Source: Nanobdellota archaeon
GTDB taxonomy: Archaea > Nanobdellota > Nanobdellia > Pacearchaeales > GW2011-AR1
Direction of reading: 5' to 3'
Length of the DNA stretch: 64,000 nt
Assembly: GCA_018815925.1 (NCBI GenBank)
Contig: JAHIWS010000006.1
Location: forward strand, 14,286-78,285
Part shown: positions 36,081-45,768 of the stretch, in pieces
Position numbering within the stretch: the first letter of the stretch is position 1
Layout of the letters: each line of letters begins with the position of its first letter
The notes under the pieces: generated by a model
What the model saw: only the letters and a program-made list of their open reading frames with translations
The model's database searches: none
What the model was told of the DNA's origin: nothing
Program-made: the position numbers and the translations under genes

Positions 36081-37544
36081 TTAAGTAAAACTAGCCATTC
36101 CATGAGCTTTTTTATAAATATCAAATAAATCAAAAGCTATTTTTTCTGCTTTTTTTGCAGCTAAAGGTCTTAAGAGTTCTGATTCAGTCCAATCATCTTT
36201 TTTTACTATAATTTCTTTAGATTCTTTAAGTTTTTCCTTTTTTTCAGGTTTATCATAATGGCCTATTAAAGCTAAAAAAGGATTAGAAGTATCACTTGAT
36301 TTTTCAGGTTTATTAATTTGTTCTTGTTCTTCTAAAAAATAATTAATTTCTTCTTGCAATTGTTCTAAACTTTCTGTTGTTGACCCTTCTATAAGTTTTA
36401 AAACATCTCCTAAATCAGAATCGTTCATTTCTTGGTTTATTTTTTTAATTTCATCATCATTTAAAGAATAAGCCCTAAACATAACATCAGCTTTTCCTCC
36501 AAAAACATAATGAGATTGTTGAGATGGTAATCTTGATGGAATTCCTCTAAATGTAAAATCAACTAAAATACATGTGTAATAATTTCTTTTTATTGTTTTA
36601 AGAAAAGATTCTTTTGAAAAGTCCTGTGGAAGATCACCTTCAAGTGCTGAATCTCTAATCTTTAATTTTGATTTTCCTAAAAGAGTTAGTTCAAGCAGCA
36701 TTGTGTTGAATATTTTAACTAATGCAGGCTCTCTTCCAGATTCTTTCATTTCAAGTTGCGAAGCTGCTTTTAAATATGGTTTTGCCCATCTTGAATATAA
36801 CTTAAGAGAATTAACTTGACTTTTTAAGTAAGCTCTTTCAAGGGCATATCTTCTTCTAAGTTCTTGTTCAGATTGGTTTAACCAAGACTCAAACTCCATA
36901 ATTCTTGGCCTTAAAATCCTTTTTATCCTATCATTTAAATCTATTTTATCAATATCTTTTTGATTTTTAACAATTAAAAAAGCATCAAGTAAAGTTTGAA
37001 ATCCTGCTTGACCTAGAGCCATGGCTTTTATACTTGAATTTCCTTTCACAATATCAACCTTATCTAACCAAATTTGTTTTAAGGCTAATACAGACGCTTC
37101 TTGGGTTTCCTTTTTTTTGGATTTTAAATAATCATAATGTTCTAATCTTATTTTAAAGTCCCTAAGATCATAAGTAATATTTAAAATACTTTTTAAAATG
37201 GTATTTACAGTAGCTAAAGTATTTGATGCTTGTTGTTGCATTGAAGTGGCTCTTAATCCTAATTCTTGAAAATGTCCTGATCCAGGTGTTGAAGTAAAAT
37301 TATCAATATATTTTTCTGGAGCAAGTCCAAAATCATTCATTAAATCTAAAATAAAAAAATAAAGTGGTTCAAGTGTTTCAGATGATGAGTTATAACCAAG
37401 ATGATGTTCTGAGATTGATTTAGGTTCAACTTCTTCAGCAGGAATATTATCAGAATTTTTATATTTTTTTAAAAGTTCTTTTCCATTTGCAGCATATAAT
37501 CTAGGATTAACTTTTCCTATAATTTGTTGAACACTCGCGACCAT
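36081..37544 (-). CDS. hypothetical protein (487 aa), largely helical
   Basis: Long ORF with non-repetitive sequence. No family recognised by eye. Confidence 0.5.
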   Translation of the reverse strand: MVASVQQIIGKVNPRLYAANGKELLKKYKNSDNIPAEEVEPKSISEHHLGYNSSSETLEPLYFFILDLMNDFGLAPEKYIDNFTSTPGSGHFQELGLRATSMQQQASNTLATVNTILKSILNITYDLRDFKIRLEHYDYLKSKKKETQEASVLALKQIWLDKVDIVKGNSSIKAMALGQAGFQTLLDAFLIVKNQKDIDKIDLNDRIKRILRPRIMEFESWLNQSEQELRRRYALERAYLKSQVNSLKLYSRWAKPYLKAASQLEMKESGREPALVKIFNTMLLELTLLGKSKLKIRDSALEGDLPQDFSKESFLKTIKRNYYTCILVDFTFRGIPSRLPSQQSHYVFGGKADVMFRAYSLNDDEIKKINQEMNDSDLGDVLKLIEGSTTESLEQLQEEINYFLEEQEQINKPEKSSDTSNPFLALIGHYDKPEKKEKLKESKEIIVKKDDWTESELLRPLAAKKAEKIAFDLFDIYKKAHGMASFT

Positions 37545-37625
37545 ACTAAAACAAGGTTTATGTTCTTAAAAAAGGTTTCTAATCATAACAACTAACTTTA
37601 AAAATAAGAAGTACTTCTCTATGTA

Positions 37626-37979
37626 ATGGGTTGGTTTGGATTAGGCAAAAAAGATAGGGTAATTGATCTTGCTGAGCACTATAGGAGACAGCAAGAACAA
37701 ACTGCCAAAATCCAACCAAATACCCAACCTAACTCTTTTGAAAATACTGGAAGTTCACTAGGGTTTCTAGGAAGCATAGCAGGTGCTACGCCATCAGGTG
37801 GGGTTTCTGATGATGTAGTTGATCTTTCAAGCACTCCTGGAACAGAAGAAAGAAAAAAAAGATTAGCTAAAAGATTGATGGACATGACTGAAAAGTTAGA
37901 AGATTTAAATAACCAGATTTACCATCTTCAGCAAAGGATTGAGGTCCTTGAAAGAAAATCAGGTGTAAGTGGATTTTAG
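37626..37979 (+). CDS. hypothetical protein with C-terminal coiled coil (117 aa)
   Basis: MGWFGLGKKD... followed by a disordered Gly/Ser segment and the heptad-like segment KRLAKRLMDMTEKLEDLNNQIYHLQQRIEVLERK. Divergent from the 487-aa ORF. Confidence 0.4.
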   Translation: MGWFGLGKKDRVIDLAEHYRRQQEQTAKIQPNTQPNSFENTGSSLGFLGSIAGATPSGGVSDDVVDLSSTPGTEERKKRLAKRLMDMTEKLEDLNNQIYHLQQRIEVLERKSGVSGF

Positions 37980-38295
37980 TTGTTTCCAAGAATTCTTGTT
38001 TATAATAAATAAAATCAGCTAAACTCTATAAATTTTTCCTCTCATTCTGAACAATAATAAAACTTTAAAAACCTTGATTAATTTTTTTAGATTATTAGAG
38101 CAATTTACTATTGATCTTCTTGTAGTTCATCCTGGAGATCTTCATCATATTCATCACTTGGTTCAGAATCCATTTCCTTGAAATAATGTATAGAACTGCC
38201 CATAACAATTCGTTTTTCCATAAAAAATCAAGGTCATTGAACTATATAAACATATAGAAATAAACCTTTTTCAAAAAGGTTACTAAAACTAAAAA

Positions 38296-40077
38296 ATGAA
38301 AAACAAACGCGGAGAAAAAATAAATTTTAAGTACAATATGAGTGAATACTGGAGTATTTTGAAAAAATATAAATCATTATTTTTTCCACTTTTAGTTATT
38401 TCTCTAGTAGTTGAGGCCTTATTTACAGCAGATAAATTTCTTTTTAAAAAGATTATTGATGATGGAACAGAATTTCTTGCAGGAAATATTATCCAGAATG
38501 TTTTTATTCAAACCCTAATAATTTTGGCATTAATTTTTGCTAGTATTGTTATTTTAAGAACCATTGGAAAATGGATTATAATACAATTTATGAATGTATT
38601 AACCTCCAGACAAATAAAAGACATAAAAACAAAATATTTTAATCATATACTTAGATTGAGTCATAATTTTCACACTACACATAAAACAGGTAGTTTAATT
38701 TCTAGACTTGGAAGAGGCTCTGGAGCAGTAGAGACAATGACAGATATTCTTGTATTTAATATAGCCCCCCTAGTTTTTCAGTTATTTGTTGTTGGAATAT
38801 CACTTGCATATTTTAGTATTAGTTCAGCACTAACTATTTTAATTGTTGCTATTCTGTTCATTTCTTATAGTTTTTATATTCAACAAAAATAACAAGATTC
38901 TAAGTTAAAATTTATTAATTCACAAGATAGGGAAAGAGGATTTATTGGAGATGTTTTTACAAATGTAGATTCAATAAAATACTATGGAAAGGAAAAAAAT
39001 ATAGAAAGAATTTTTGATAAACACACCACTAGAACAAGAAAAAGAGCTTTAAAATATTGGGGATATTATAAGTGGTTTGATGCAGGTCAAATTTTTATTT
39101 TGGGTTTGGGAACATTCCTCTTAATTTATTTTCCATTAATGGACTTTATAGCTAAAGAAATTACTTTGGGAACCCTTGTATTTATTTATACAATTTATGG
39201 AAATGTTGTTGGTCCAATGTTTGGATTTGTATGGGGAATGAGAAGTTTTTATAGAGCAATGGCAGATTTTCAGGACTTGTTTGAATATGGGAAAGTTGAA
39301 AATGAAATAGAAGATAAATTTAATGCTGAAGAAATAAAAATAGAAAAAGGAACAGTTGAATTTAAAAAGGTTTATTTTGGTTATCAAAAAAGACAATTAT
39401 TTAGGGATTTTAATTTAAAGATAAAAGCAAATGAAAAGGTTGCTTTAGTAGGACATTCTGGGAGTGGAAAAACAACTTTAGTTAAGTTAATCAATAGATT
39501 TTATGATGTTAGCTCTGGAGCTATTTTAATTGATGGAAAGGATATAAGGAATTTTAAACAAGAATCTGTAAGAGAGCAGACAGGAATTGTTCCTCAAGAG
39601 TGTATTTTGTTTGATGATACTATTTACAATAACATTAAATTTTCTAATCCAAAAGCATCTAGAAGAGAAGTTATAAGGGCAATAAAACTAGCAAAACTAG
39701 ACGAAGTGATAAGAGAATTTCCAAAAAAAGAAAATACAATTGTTGGAGAAAGAGGAGTAAAACTTTCTGGAGGAGAAAAACAAAGAGTGTCAATTGCAAG
39801 ATCTATACTTGCAAACAAAAAAATACTTATTCTGGATGAAGCCACATCTAGTTTAGATTCAGAAACAGAACATAAAATACAAGAAGCACTTGCAAAACTT
39901 CTTGAAGGAAGAACATCAATAATAATTGCTCACCGTCTTTCTACAATAATGAATGCAGATAGAATTATTGTTATGAAGAGGGGGGATATAATTCAGGAAG
40001 GAAAACATTTTGAACTTATAAAACAACTCGGAGAATACAAAAAGCTTTGGGATTTACAGAAAGGAGGTTATTTGTAG
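38296..40077 (+). pseudogene. ABC exporter (fused TMD-NBD, MsbA/ABCB type) interrupted by one in-frame TAA at 38890-38892
   Basis: ORFs 38296-38892 and 39100-40077 are in the same frame. The 207 nt between them translate without a further stop (QDSKLKFINSQDRERGFIGDVFTNVDSIKYYGKEKNIERIF...), as expected for the TMD. The NBD has Walker A GHSGSGKTT, signature LSGGEKQR and Walker B ILILDEATS. Confidence 0.8.
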
Positions 40078-40205
40078 GGTGAGATACAAAATACCAAACC
40101 TAAAAAAGTACTAATAATCAAATTGAGGTTTTAGCAATTGTTTTAGATTGGATAGACCACAAAGACTATGAAAGGTTATTTAAATTTACTTAGCATTGAA
40201 CTAAT

Positions 40206-41402
40206 ATGATCTCTGACAAAAAAATCCAAGCATATGCATTGAAAAATGCAATAACACATGAGGGAAAAGCAAATCCAGGGCCTGTAATTTCTGCACTTTT
40301 TAATGAAGGTTTGAAAAAGTCAGATATGAAAAAATATGGGAAAAAAATAAATCAGGCAATTAATCAAATAAATGAACTATCCTTAGATGAACAGAAAAAA
40401 GAATATGAAATAGCTGAGAAAATTGTGAGTAGAAGAGAAATAAGAGAAGGATTGCCAGAGCTCCCAAACACTAAAAAAAGAAAAGTAATTATGAGAATTG
40501 CTCCGAGTGCTTCAGGTCCTTTGCATGTTGGTCATGCACTTGTTGCTGGATTAAATATTCTATATGTAAAGAAGTATGGTGGAAAATTTTATGTTAGAAT
40601 TGAAGACACAAACCCAGAGAATATTGACTCTAAGGCTTATGACCTCATTAAAGAAGATTCAAAATGGTTATACAAGAATTCTAAAATCATTATTCAATCA
40701 GATAGGATGAACATTTATTACAAATATTCAGAACAATTGATAAAGAAAAAGGTTGCTTATGTTTGCACTTGTTCTGGTGATACTTTTAGAGAATTTGTAA
40801 AAGAAAAAAAAGATTGTCCTTGTAGAAAAAAAAATGTAAAAGAAAACATAGAAAGATGGAAAAAAATGCTAGATGAAAATGGTTTTAAGCAAGGTGAAGC
40901 TGTTTTAAGGTTTAAATCTAATATGAAAGATAAAAATCCTGCTATGAGAGATTTTCCACTTGCGAGAATAAACACCACACCCCACTTATTACAAAAGAAA
41001 AAATACAGAGTATGGCCTTTAATGAACTTAGCAGTAAGTTCAGATGATATTGATCAAAAAATGACCCACGTTATAAGAGGTAAAGATCACAAAGATAATG
41101 CTAAAAGACAAGAAATGATATATAAAATATTGGGTAAAAAATATCCTTGGACTAGTTTTATAGGAAGAGTTCATTTTAAGGGAATGGAATTATCTACTTC
41201 ACAAATGAGAAAAGGAATTCAGTCTGGAAAATATAAAGGATGGGATGATAAAAGACTTCCAACATTAATTTCATTAAAAAAACAAGGATATAAGCCAGAA
41301 GCTTTTTTAAAATTCGCAGAAAAAATTAGTTTGGGTGAAAATGACAAAATTATTGATAAAAAAGAATATTTCACAATGTTAAATAATTTTAATAAGGACT
41401 AA
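40206..41402 (+). CDS. gltX: glutamyl-tRNA synthetase (archaeal/eukaryal GluRS-GlnRS type) lacking the C-terminal anticodon-binding domain
   Basis: IMRIAPSASGPLHVGHALV (HIGH motif), YVRIEDTNPEN, VIRGKDH, MELSTSQ in the KMSKS position. The ORF stops about 60 aa after that motif. Confidence 0.7.
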   Translation: MISDKKIQAYALKNAITHEGKANPGPVISALFNEGLKKSDMKKYGKKINQAINQINELSLDEQKKEYEIAEKIVSRREIREGLPELPNTKKRKVIMRIAPSASGPLHVGHALVAGLNILYVKKYGGKFYVRIEDTNPENIDSKAYDLIKEDSKWLYKNSKIIIQSDRMNIYYKYSEQLIKKKVAYVCTCSGDTFREFVKEKKDCPCRKKNVKENIERWKKMLDENGFKQGEAVLRFKSNMKDKNPAMRDFPLARINTTPHLLQKKKYRVWPLMNLAVSSDDIDQKMTHVIRGKDHKDNAKRQEMIYKILGKKYPWTSFIGRVHFKGMELSTSQMRKGIQSGKYKGWDDKRLPTLISLKKQGYKPEAFLKFAEKISLGENDKIIDKKEYFTMLNNFNKD

Positions 41403-41848
41403 AATTTTAAAAAGAAGTTATTTGGTAAAATTCTAAAAGAGGATATAGAGATTTGGTAAACAATGTCTTACATAATTGCAAGGATTCAAAGAGTTTAGAT
41501 GCACGATTAGGAAGAATTATTATGCAATTGGAAAGTGAGAAGTTAAAACAAAATTGCAAATTAACAGGGCCAGGTAGAATAGAAGATCATGATTCTGGAT
41601 GAATCTGAGGGGTGGTGGTAAGAAGATTTGAAGATGATAGGTATTAAAAACCAAAACCCTTAAAAACTAAAAAAAACTTGATTTTTTATGGCAATTAAAA
41701 TGGATCAATATCGGCATTGCTGAGAAAGATTTTAATAGCTTGGCTTCTAAATTAAATATAAGAAATAACCCTAAGCTTTGGTTGTTAATCAGGCTTGACC
41801 CTAATTTAAAGGAAAGGTTGATAAGGGAAACCTTGGTTTCCTTTATAT

Positions 41849-41921
41849 GGCGAATGTGGTCTAACGGTTATGACGTGTGGTTGTGGTCCGCAAAAAGGGA
41901 GTTCGACTCTCCCCTTTCGCC
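41849..41921 (+). tRNA. tRNA-His (anticodon GUG) with encoded G-1
   Basis: G-1 plus acceptor GCGAATG/CTTTCGC (one U-U mismatch), anticodon stem TGTGG/CCGCA with loop TTGTGGT, T arm GGGAG-TTCGACT-CTCCC, discriminator C73 able to pair with G-1. HisRS gene lies 0.5 kb downstream. Confidence 0.85.
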
Positions 41922-41998
41922 CTTGGTGAAGGTTAACCGAATCTCTGATTTGAGTCCCCTTTCGCCCTTACGACGACCACTCCTGGGCAGAGTTTAAA

Positions 41999-42409
41999 AT
42001 GGTGAAAAATATCCTTTTTGTATGCAAGCACAATGTATTTAGGAGCAAGGTAGCTGAAACTTATTTTAAAAAAATTAATAAAAACAAGAACCTCAAAGCT
42101 AGCAGTGCAGGAATAATTAAGTGGTATTCTATTCGACCCAATACAAAAAAAGTTTGTAGGAAATTAGGAATAAAATTAAAGGGAAAATCAAAACCAATAG
42201 ATTTCAAAATATTAAAAAAAACAGATTATGTGGTGATTGTTGCTGATAATGTTCCTAAATCAATTTTTAATCAAAAATATCTTAAAAAAGTTATTATGTG
42301 GAAAATAAAAGATGTTAGTTCAAAAGACAATAAAGGCATAGAAAAAACAGTTAAACAAATAATTAAAAAAGTTGATCCATTAGTTAGAAAATTGGAGAAA
42401 TTAAAATGA
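41999..42409 (+). CDS. low-molecular-weight protein-tyrosine phosphatase / ArsC-like
   Basis: ILFVCKHNVFRSKVAE contains the CX5R(S/T) P-loop at the N-terminus. Confidence 0.8.
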   Translation: MVKNILFVCKHNVFRSKVAETYFKKINKNKNLKASSAGIIKWYSIRPNTKKVCRKLGIKLKGKSKPIDFKILKKTDYVVIVADNVPKSIFNQKYLKKVIMWKIKDVSSKDNKGIEKTVKQIIKKVDPLVRKLEKLK

Positions 42410-43584
42410 ACACAGATACAGTCAAAGGATTTAAAGATTTTACAGGAGAAGAAGCTAGAAAAAGAGAAAAAGTAAGAAAAATTCTAGTGGAAACCTTTGA
42501 AAAATATAGTTTTGAACCAGCTGAGACACCTATAATTGAATATGAGGAATTTGTAAGAGGACAAAATCAAAATGATGAAGCTGTATCTGAAATATTTAAA
42601 TTAAAAGATAGGGGAAAAAGAAAACTAGCATTAAGGTATGAATTTACATTTCAATTAAAAAGAATTGCACAAGGGAAAAAACTTCCTTATAAAAGATATC
42701 AAATAGGTCCTGTATTTAGAGATGAGCCTGTTTCAGAAAATAGATTTAGACAATTTACCCAGTGTGATGTAGATACAATTGGTTCAACAATAAAAGATGA
42801 AGCTGAAATTTTAGCTTTAACTTCAGAAATTTTAAAATCCATAGGGATATCACCTCTTATATTGATTAATAATAGAAAATTAATGGATGAAATCCTTAGT
42901 GATAATGGTATTTCTGAAAAAAATAAAACCCAGGTTTTAAGGGAAATCGATAAATATGATAAACTTCCAGAATCTCAAGTTAGGGAATTATTAAGGAATC
43001 TTGATGCTGAAAATGTTTTAGATTCTCTTAAAAAAGGTGAAAAATATTTTTCCCAGTTTCAAACATATAAAAAAATAATAAGCCTTATGGAATATTGTAA
43101 AGCCTATGGATTAAAAGTAAATTTTGCTCCAAGTATTGTTAGGGGTTTATCTTATTATAATGGAAGTGTATTTGAGATAAAAGCAAATGGTGTTAAAGAG
43201 AGTTTGGTAGCAGGAGGAAGTTATAAAGTTGGAGAAGTTCAAGCAACAGGATTGTCGTTTGGATTAGAAAGAATATGCAAAATAACTAAATTAGAAAAAT
43301 CAGAAGACAAATTTCTTATTGTTTCTTTAGACCAAGATAGGCAAGCAATAAATCTTTTAAATAAATTAAGGACACAAGGAAAAACCACTAGTATTTTTTA
43401 TGGAAAACCTTCAAAAGCTTTAGAATATGCTAATTCTTGTAAAATAAATAATGTTATTTTTGTAGGGGCTAAAGAAGTAAAAGCAAAGAAATTCAAGGTC
43501 AAAGACATGAAAACAGGAAGACAAAAAACATTAGTTATACAAAAAGTCACAAAAAAGAATGTTTTGATGAAGAAGAAAGGTTGA
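42406..43584 (+). CDS. hisS: histidyl-tRNA synthetase (class II)
   Basis: KGFKDF, ALRYEFTFQLKR, YQIGPVFRDEPVSENRFRQFTQCDVDTIG (motif 2), GLSFGLERI (motif 3 region). 4-nt overlap with the upstream phosphatase gene. Confidence 0.9.
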   Translation: MNTDTVKGFKDFTGEEARKREKVRKILVETFEKYSFEPAETPIIEYEEFVRGQNQNDEAVSEIFKLKDRGKRKLALRYEFTFQLKRIAQGKKLPYKRYQIGPVFRDEPVSENRFRQFTQCDVDTIGSTIKDEAEILALTSEILKSIGISPLILINNRKLMDEILSDNGISEKNKTQVLREIDKYDKLPESQVRELLRNLDAENVLDSLKKGEKYFSQFQTYKKIISLMEYCKAYGLKVNFAPSIVRGLSYYNGSVFEIKANGVKESLVAGGSYKVGEVQATGLSFGLERICKITKLEKSEDKFLIVSLDQDRQAINLLNKLRTQGKTTSIFYGKPSKALEYANSCKINNVIFVGAKEVKAKKFKVKDMKTGRQKTLVIQKVTKKNVLMKKKG

Positions 43585-43630
43585 GGATTTAAACAATAAA
43601 GTTAATAAATTAATTTTTAATTAATTTTTA

Positions 43631-44866
43631 ATGTCAAAAAACCTTTATAGTGTTATTACAGGAACAGGGAGTTACATTCCTACTCAAAAGATTCCTAATA
43701 GGTATTTTCTTAATAGTGAGTTTTATGATGTTGAAGGAAAAAAAATTGAAATATCTAATGAAGAAACAATAAAGAATTTTGAAAAAATAACTGGAATCAA
43801 AGAGAGAAGATATGTGACAAATGATTTGCTTACTTCTAATATTGCTTCTTATGCAGCAGAAAATTGTTTGAATTCTTCTAGAGCTAGTAGAGAAGATCTT
43901 GATTATATAATTGTTGCTCATAATTTTGGTGATGTGAGGGCTGATAATAAAAGATCTGATTTTGTTCCAAGTTTAGCCTCAAGAGTTAAAATTAAATTAG
44001 GGATTAAAAATCCTTATACAGTTGCTTATGATCTTCCTTTTGGTTGTCCTGGTTGGTTACAAGGAATAATACAAGCTGATTCTTTTATTAAATCAGGTAA
44101 AGCAAAAAAAATTCTTGTTATTGGTGCAGAAACTCTTTCAAGAATTTCTGATATTCATGATAGAGATAGCATGATCTACTCTGATGGAGCAGGATCTGCT
44201 CTTGTTGAAGCATTAGAAAATGATAAACCTGTTGGAATATTATCAAATAAAACAAGATCTGATAGTTCATATATGCTTTGGATGGGTAAATCAAATAATC
44301 CTTATTATAAAGGAAATGAATTATTTCTTAAGATGTATGGTCACGATGTATTTGAATATGCTGTAAAATATGTTCGTGATGTTGTTAAAAAAAGCCTTGA
44401 TGAAGCAAATTTAGGTATAAGAGACATAAAAAAAATTCTTATTCATCAAGCAAATGAAAAGATGGATGAGTCAATTGTGAAATGGTTATTTAAATTGTAC
44501 GGTATTAAGGCTTCACAAAATGATATACAAGAAATAATGCCCATGACAATTTCTTGGCTTGGAAATAGTTCTGTAGCAACCCTCCCAACTTTACTTGATT
44601 TGTTGATGAAGGGGAAGTTTAATGATATTTCCTTTTCACAATCTTTTGAGGGAAATTCTGTTATGCCAGAAATTATAAAAAATGTAACTAATAATGGTGG
44701 TCCTTTTGGAATTCTTAAAGCTCCTGAATCTTTAACAATAGATGATTCAAAAACAAAAAATTTCCAACCTAATTATATACATAAATTAAATAGTGGAGAT
44801 AATGTTGTTTTTGCTTCTGTGGGTGGGGGAATGAATATTAATTCTGTTGTTTATAGAATGCCTTAA
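43631..44866 (+). CDS. FabH-like 3-oxoacyl-ACP synthase III / thiolase-fold condensing enzyme
   Basis: ITGTGSYIPTQKIPN, ITGIKERRY, active-site Cys in FGCPGW, IHQANEKM (His), GNSSVATLP (Asn). About 55 extra aa before the C-terminal FASVGGGMN. Confidence 0.7.
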   Translation: MSKNLYSVITGTGSYIPTQKIPNRYFLNSEFYDVEGKKIEISNEETIKNFEKITGIKERRYVTNDLLTSNIASYAAENCLNSSRASREDLDYIIVAHNFGDVRADNKRSDFVPSLASRVKIKLGIKNPYTVAYDLPFGCPGWLQGIIQADSFIKSGKAKKILVIGAETLSRISDIHDRDSMIYSDGAGSALVEALENDKPVGILSNKTRSDSSYMLWMGKSNNPYYKGNELFLKMYGHDVFEYAVKYVRDVVKKSLDEANLGIRDIKKILIHQANEKMDESIVKWLFKLYGIKASQNDIQEIMPMTISWLGNSSVATLPTLLDLLMKGKFNDISFSQSFEGNSVMPEIIKNVTNNGGPFGILKAPESLTIDDSKTKNFQPNYIHKLNSGDNVVFASVGGGMNINSVVYRMP

Positions 44867-44869
44867 CTT

Positions 44870-45538
44870 TTATGCTAAATCAACATCCATCTTCCAAGAA
44901 TTTTCAGATCCACTAATTTTTTTGTTTTTGATTGTTAGGGGTTTAGAGAATAATGGACAATTAATGACTAATGTTTCAAATTCTCCTCCTTCCCCAACTG
45001 CATTAATTTTATATTTGTTATTAAGCTCTATTGTATCACTTACAAATTTTTTATCAATTAATTTTCCAAGCCAACTTTTATCTAAAGGATATGCAGCAAC
45101 ACCTGTAATTATAATTTTGAATTTATTGTTGATTAATTCATGAAGATATTTAATTTCATCTTTATGCCATAGTGGATTTAAACATTTTAATTTGAGTTTA
45201 GCACATATTTTTTTTATTCTAGAAGACTGATATTCAGATGCTATTGCTCCTGTAACAATACCTTCAATTTTGTATTTTGTTTTAGCCTTTTTTATTGCAG
45301 TTTCTAAATCTTTTAATTCATCTTCTTTTTTTCCTTTTGTTTTTTCAATGATTAAAGGAATTTTCATTACATTAGCTTGTTCTTTAACTCTTTGTATATT
45401 TGGTGTATGGAACATGTAAGAATCTTGATTTTGAGAAAAAATAGAAATAAGACATGATAGTTCATTACCTTGTTGTTTAACAATATATGCTGCATAACAA
45501 GAGTCTTTCCCTCCTGAAAATAATATTCCGAGTTTCAT
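44870..45538 (-). CDS. PP-loop ATP-binding protein, Dph6/MJ0570 (diphthine-ammonia ligase) family
   Basis: MKLGILFSGGKDSCYAAY, GIVTGAIASEYQ, NPLW, GEGGEFETLV. Confidence 0.75.
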   Translation of the reverse strand: MKLGILFSGGKDSCYAAYIVKQQGNELSCLISIFSQNQDSYMFHTPNIQRVKEQANVMKIPLIIEKTKGKKEDELKDLETAIKKAKTKYKIEGIVTGAIASEYQSSRIKKICAKLKLKCLNPLWHKDEIKYLHELINNKFKIIITGVAAYPLDKSWLGKLIDKKFVSDTIELNNKYKINAVGEGGEFETLVINCPLFSKPLTIKNKKISGSENSWKMDVDLA

Positions 45539-45582
45539 GAAATTTGGAATTAGATAAGGTTTTTAAAGTTTAGGATTTTAAT

Positions 45583-45768
45583 ATGGAAATGGAGAATAGG
45601 GCAAGTAAAGAGTATGTAAAAGATGCTAAATATATAGGAGAAAAAGCCAGATTAAGAGTGGATACAGGGTACAAGGATGGATGTGTTGTTCCAAAACAAA
45701 GATTTGATTTCTTAGCAAGATTAGAAAGAAAATTATTTGGTATGTCTCCGAAAGTAATTAATTGCTAA
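45583..45768 (+). CDS. hypothetical protein (61 aa)
   Basis: ORF only. Confidence 0.25.
   Translation: MEMENRASKEYVKDAKYIGEKARLRVDTGYKDGCVVPKQRFDFLARLERKLFGMSPKVINC

Noticed and set aside
38890-38892. Stop-codon reassignment (TAA read as sense)
   Set aside because: TAA terminates conserved genes at the expected positions, for example rpoB at 23086-23088 and uS12 at 1071-1073, so genome-wide recoding is not supported.
39100-40077. Stand-alone NBD-only ABC ATPase starting at the TTG at 39100
   Set aside because: The 207 nt upstream are open in the same frame and encode transmembrane-domain sequence continuous with the 38296-38892 ORF. A single interrupted gene is the simpler reading.
41740-41997. 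85-aa ORF in the six-frame track
   Set aside because: It runs straight through the tRNA-His gene and its downstream repeat. The Pro/Leu/Ser-rich translation simply reflects the GC-rich tRNA sequence.
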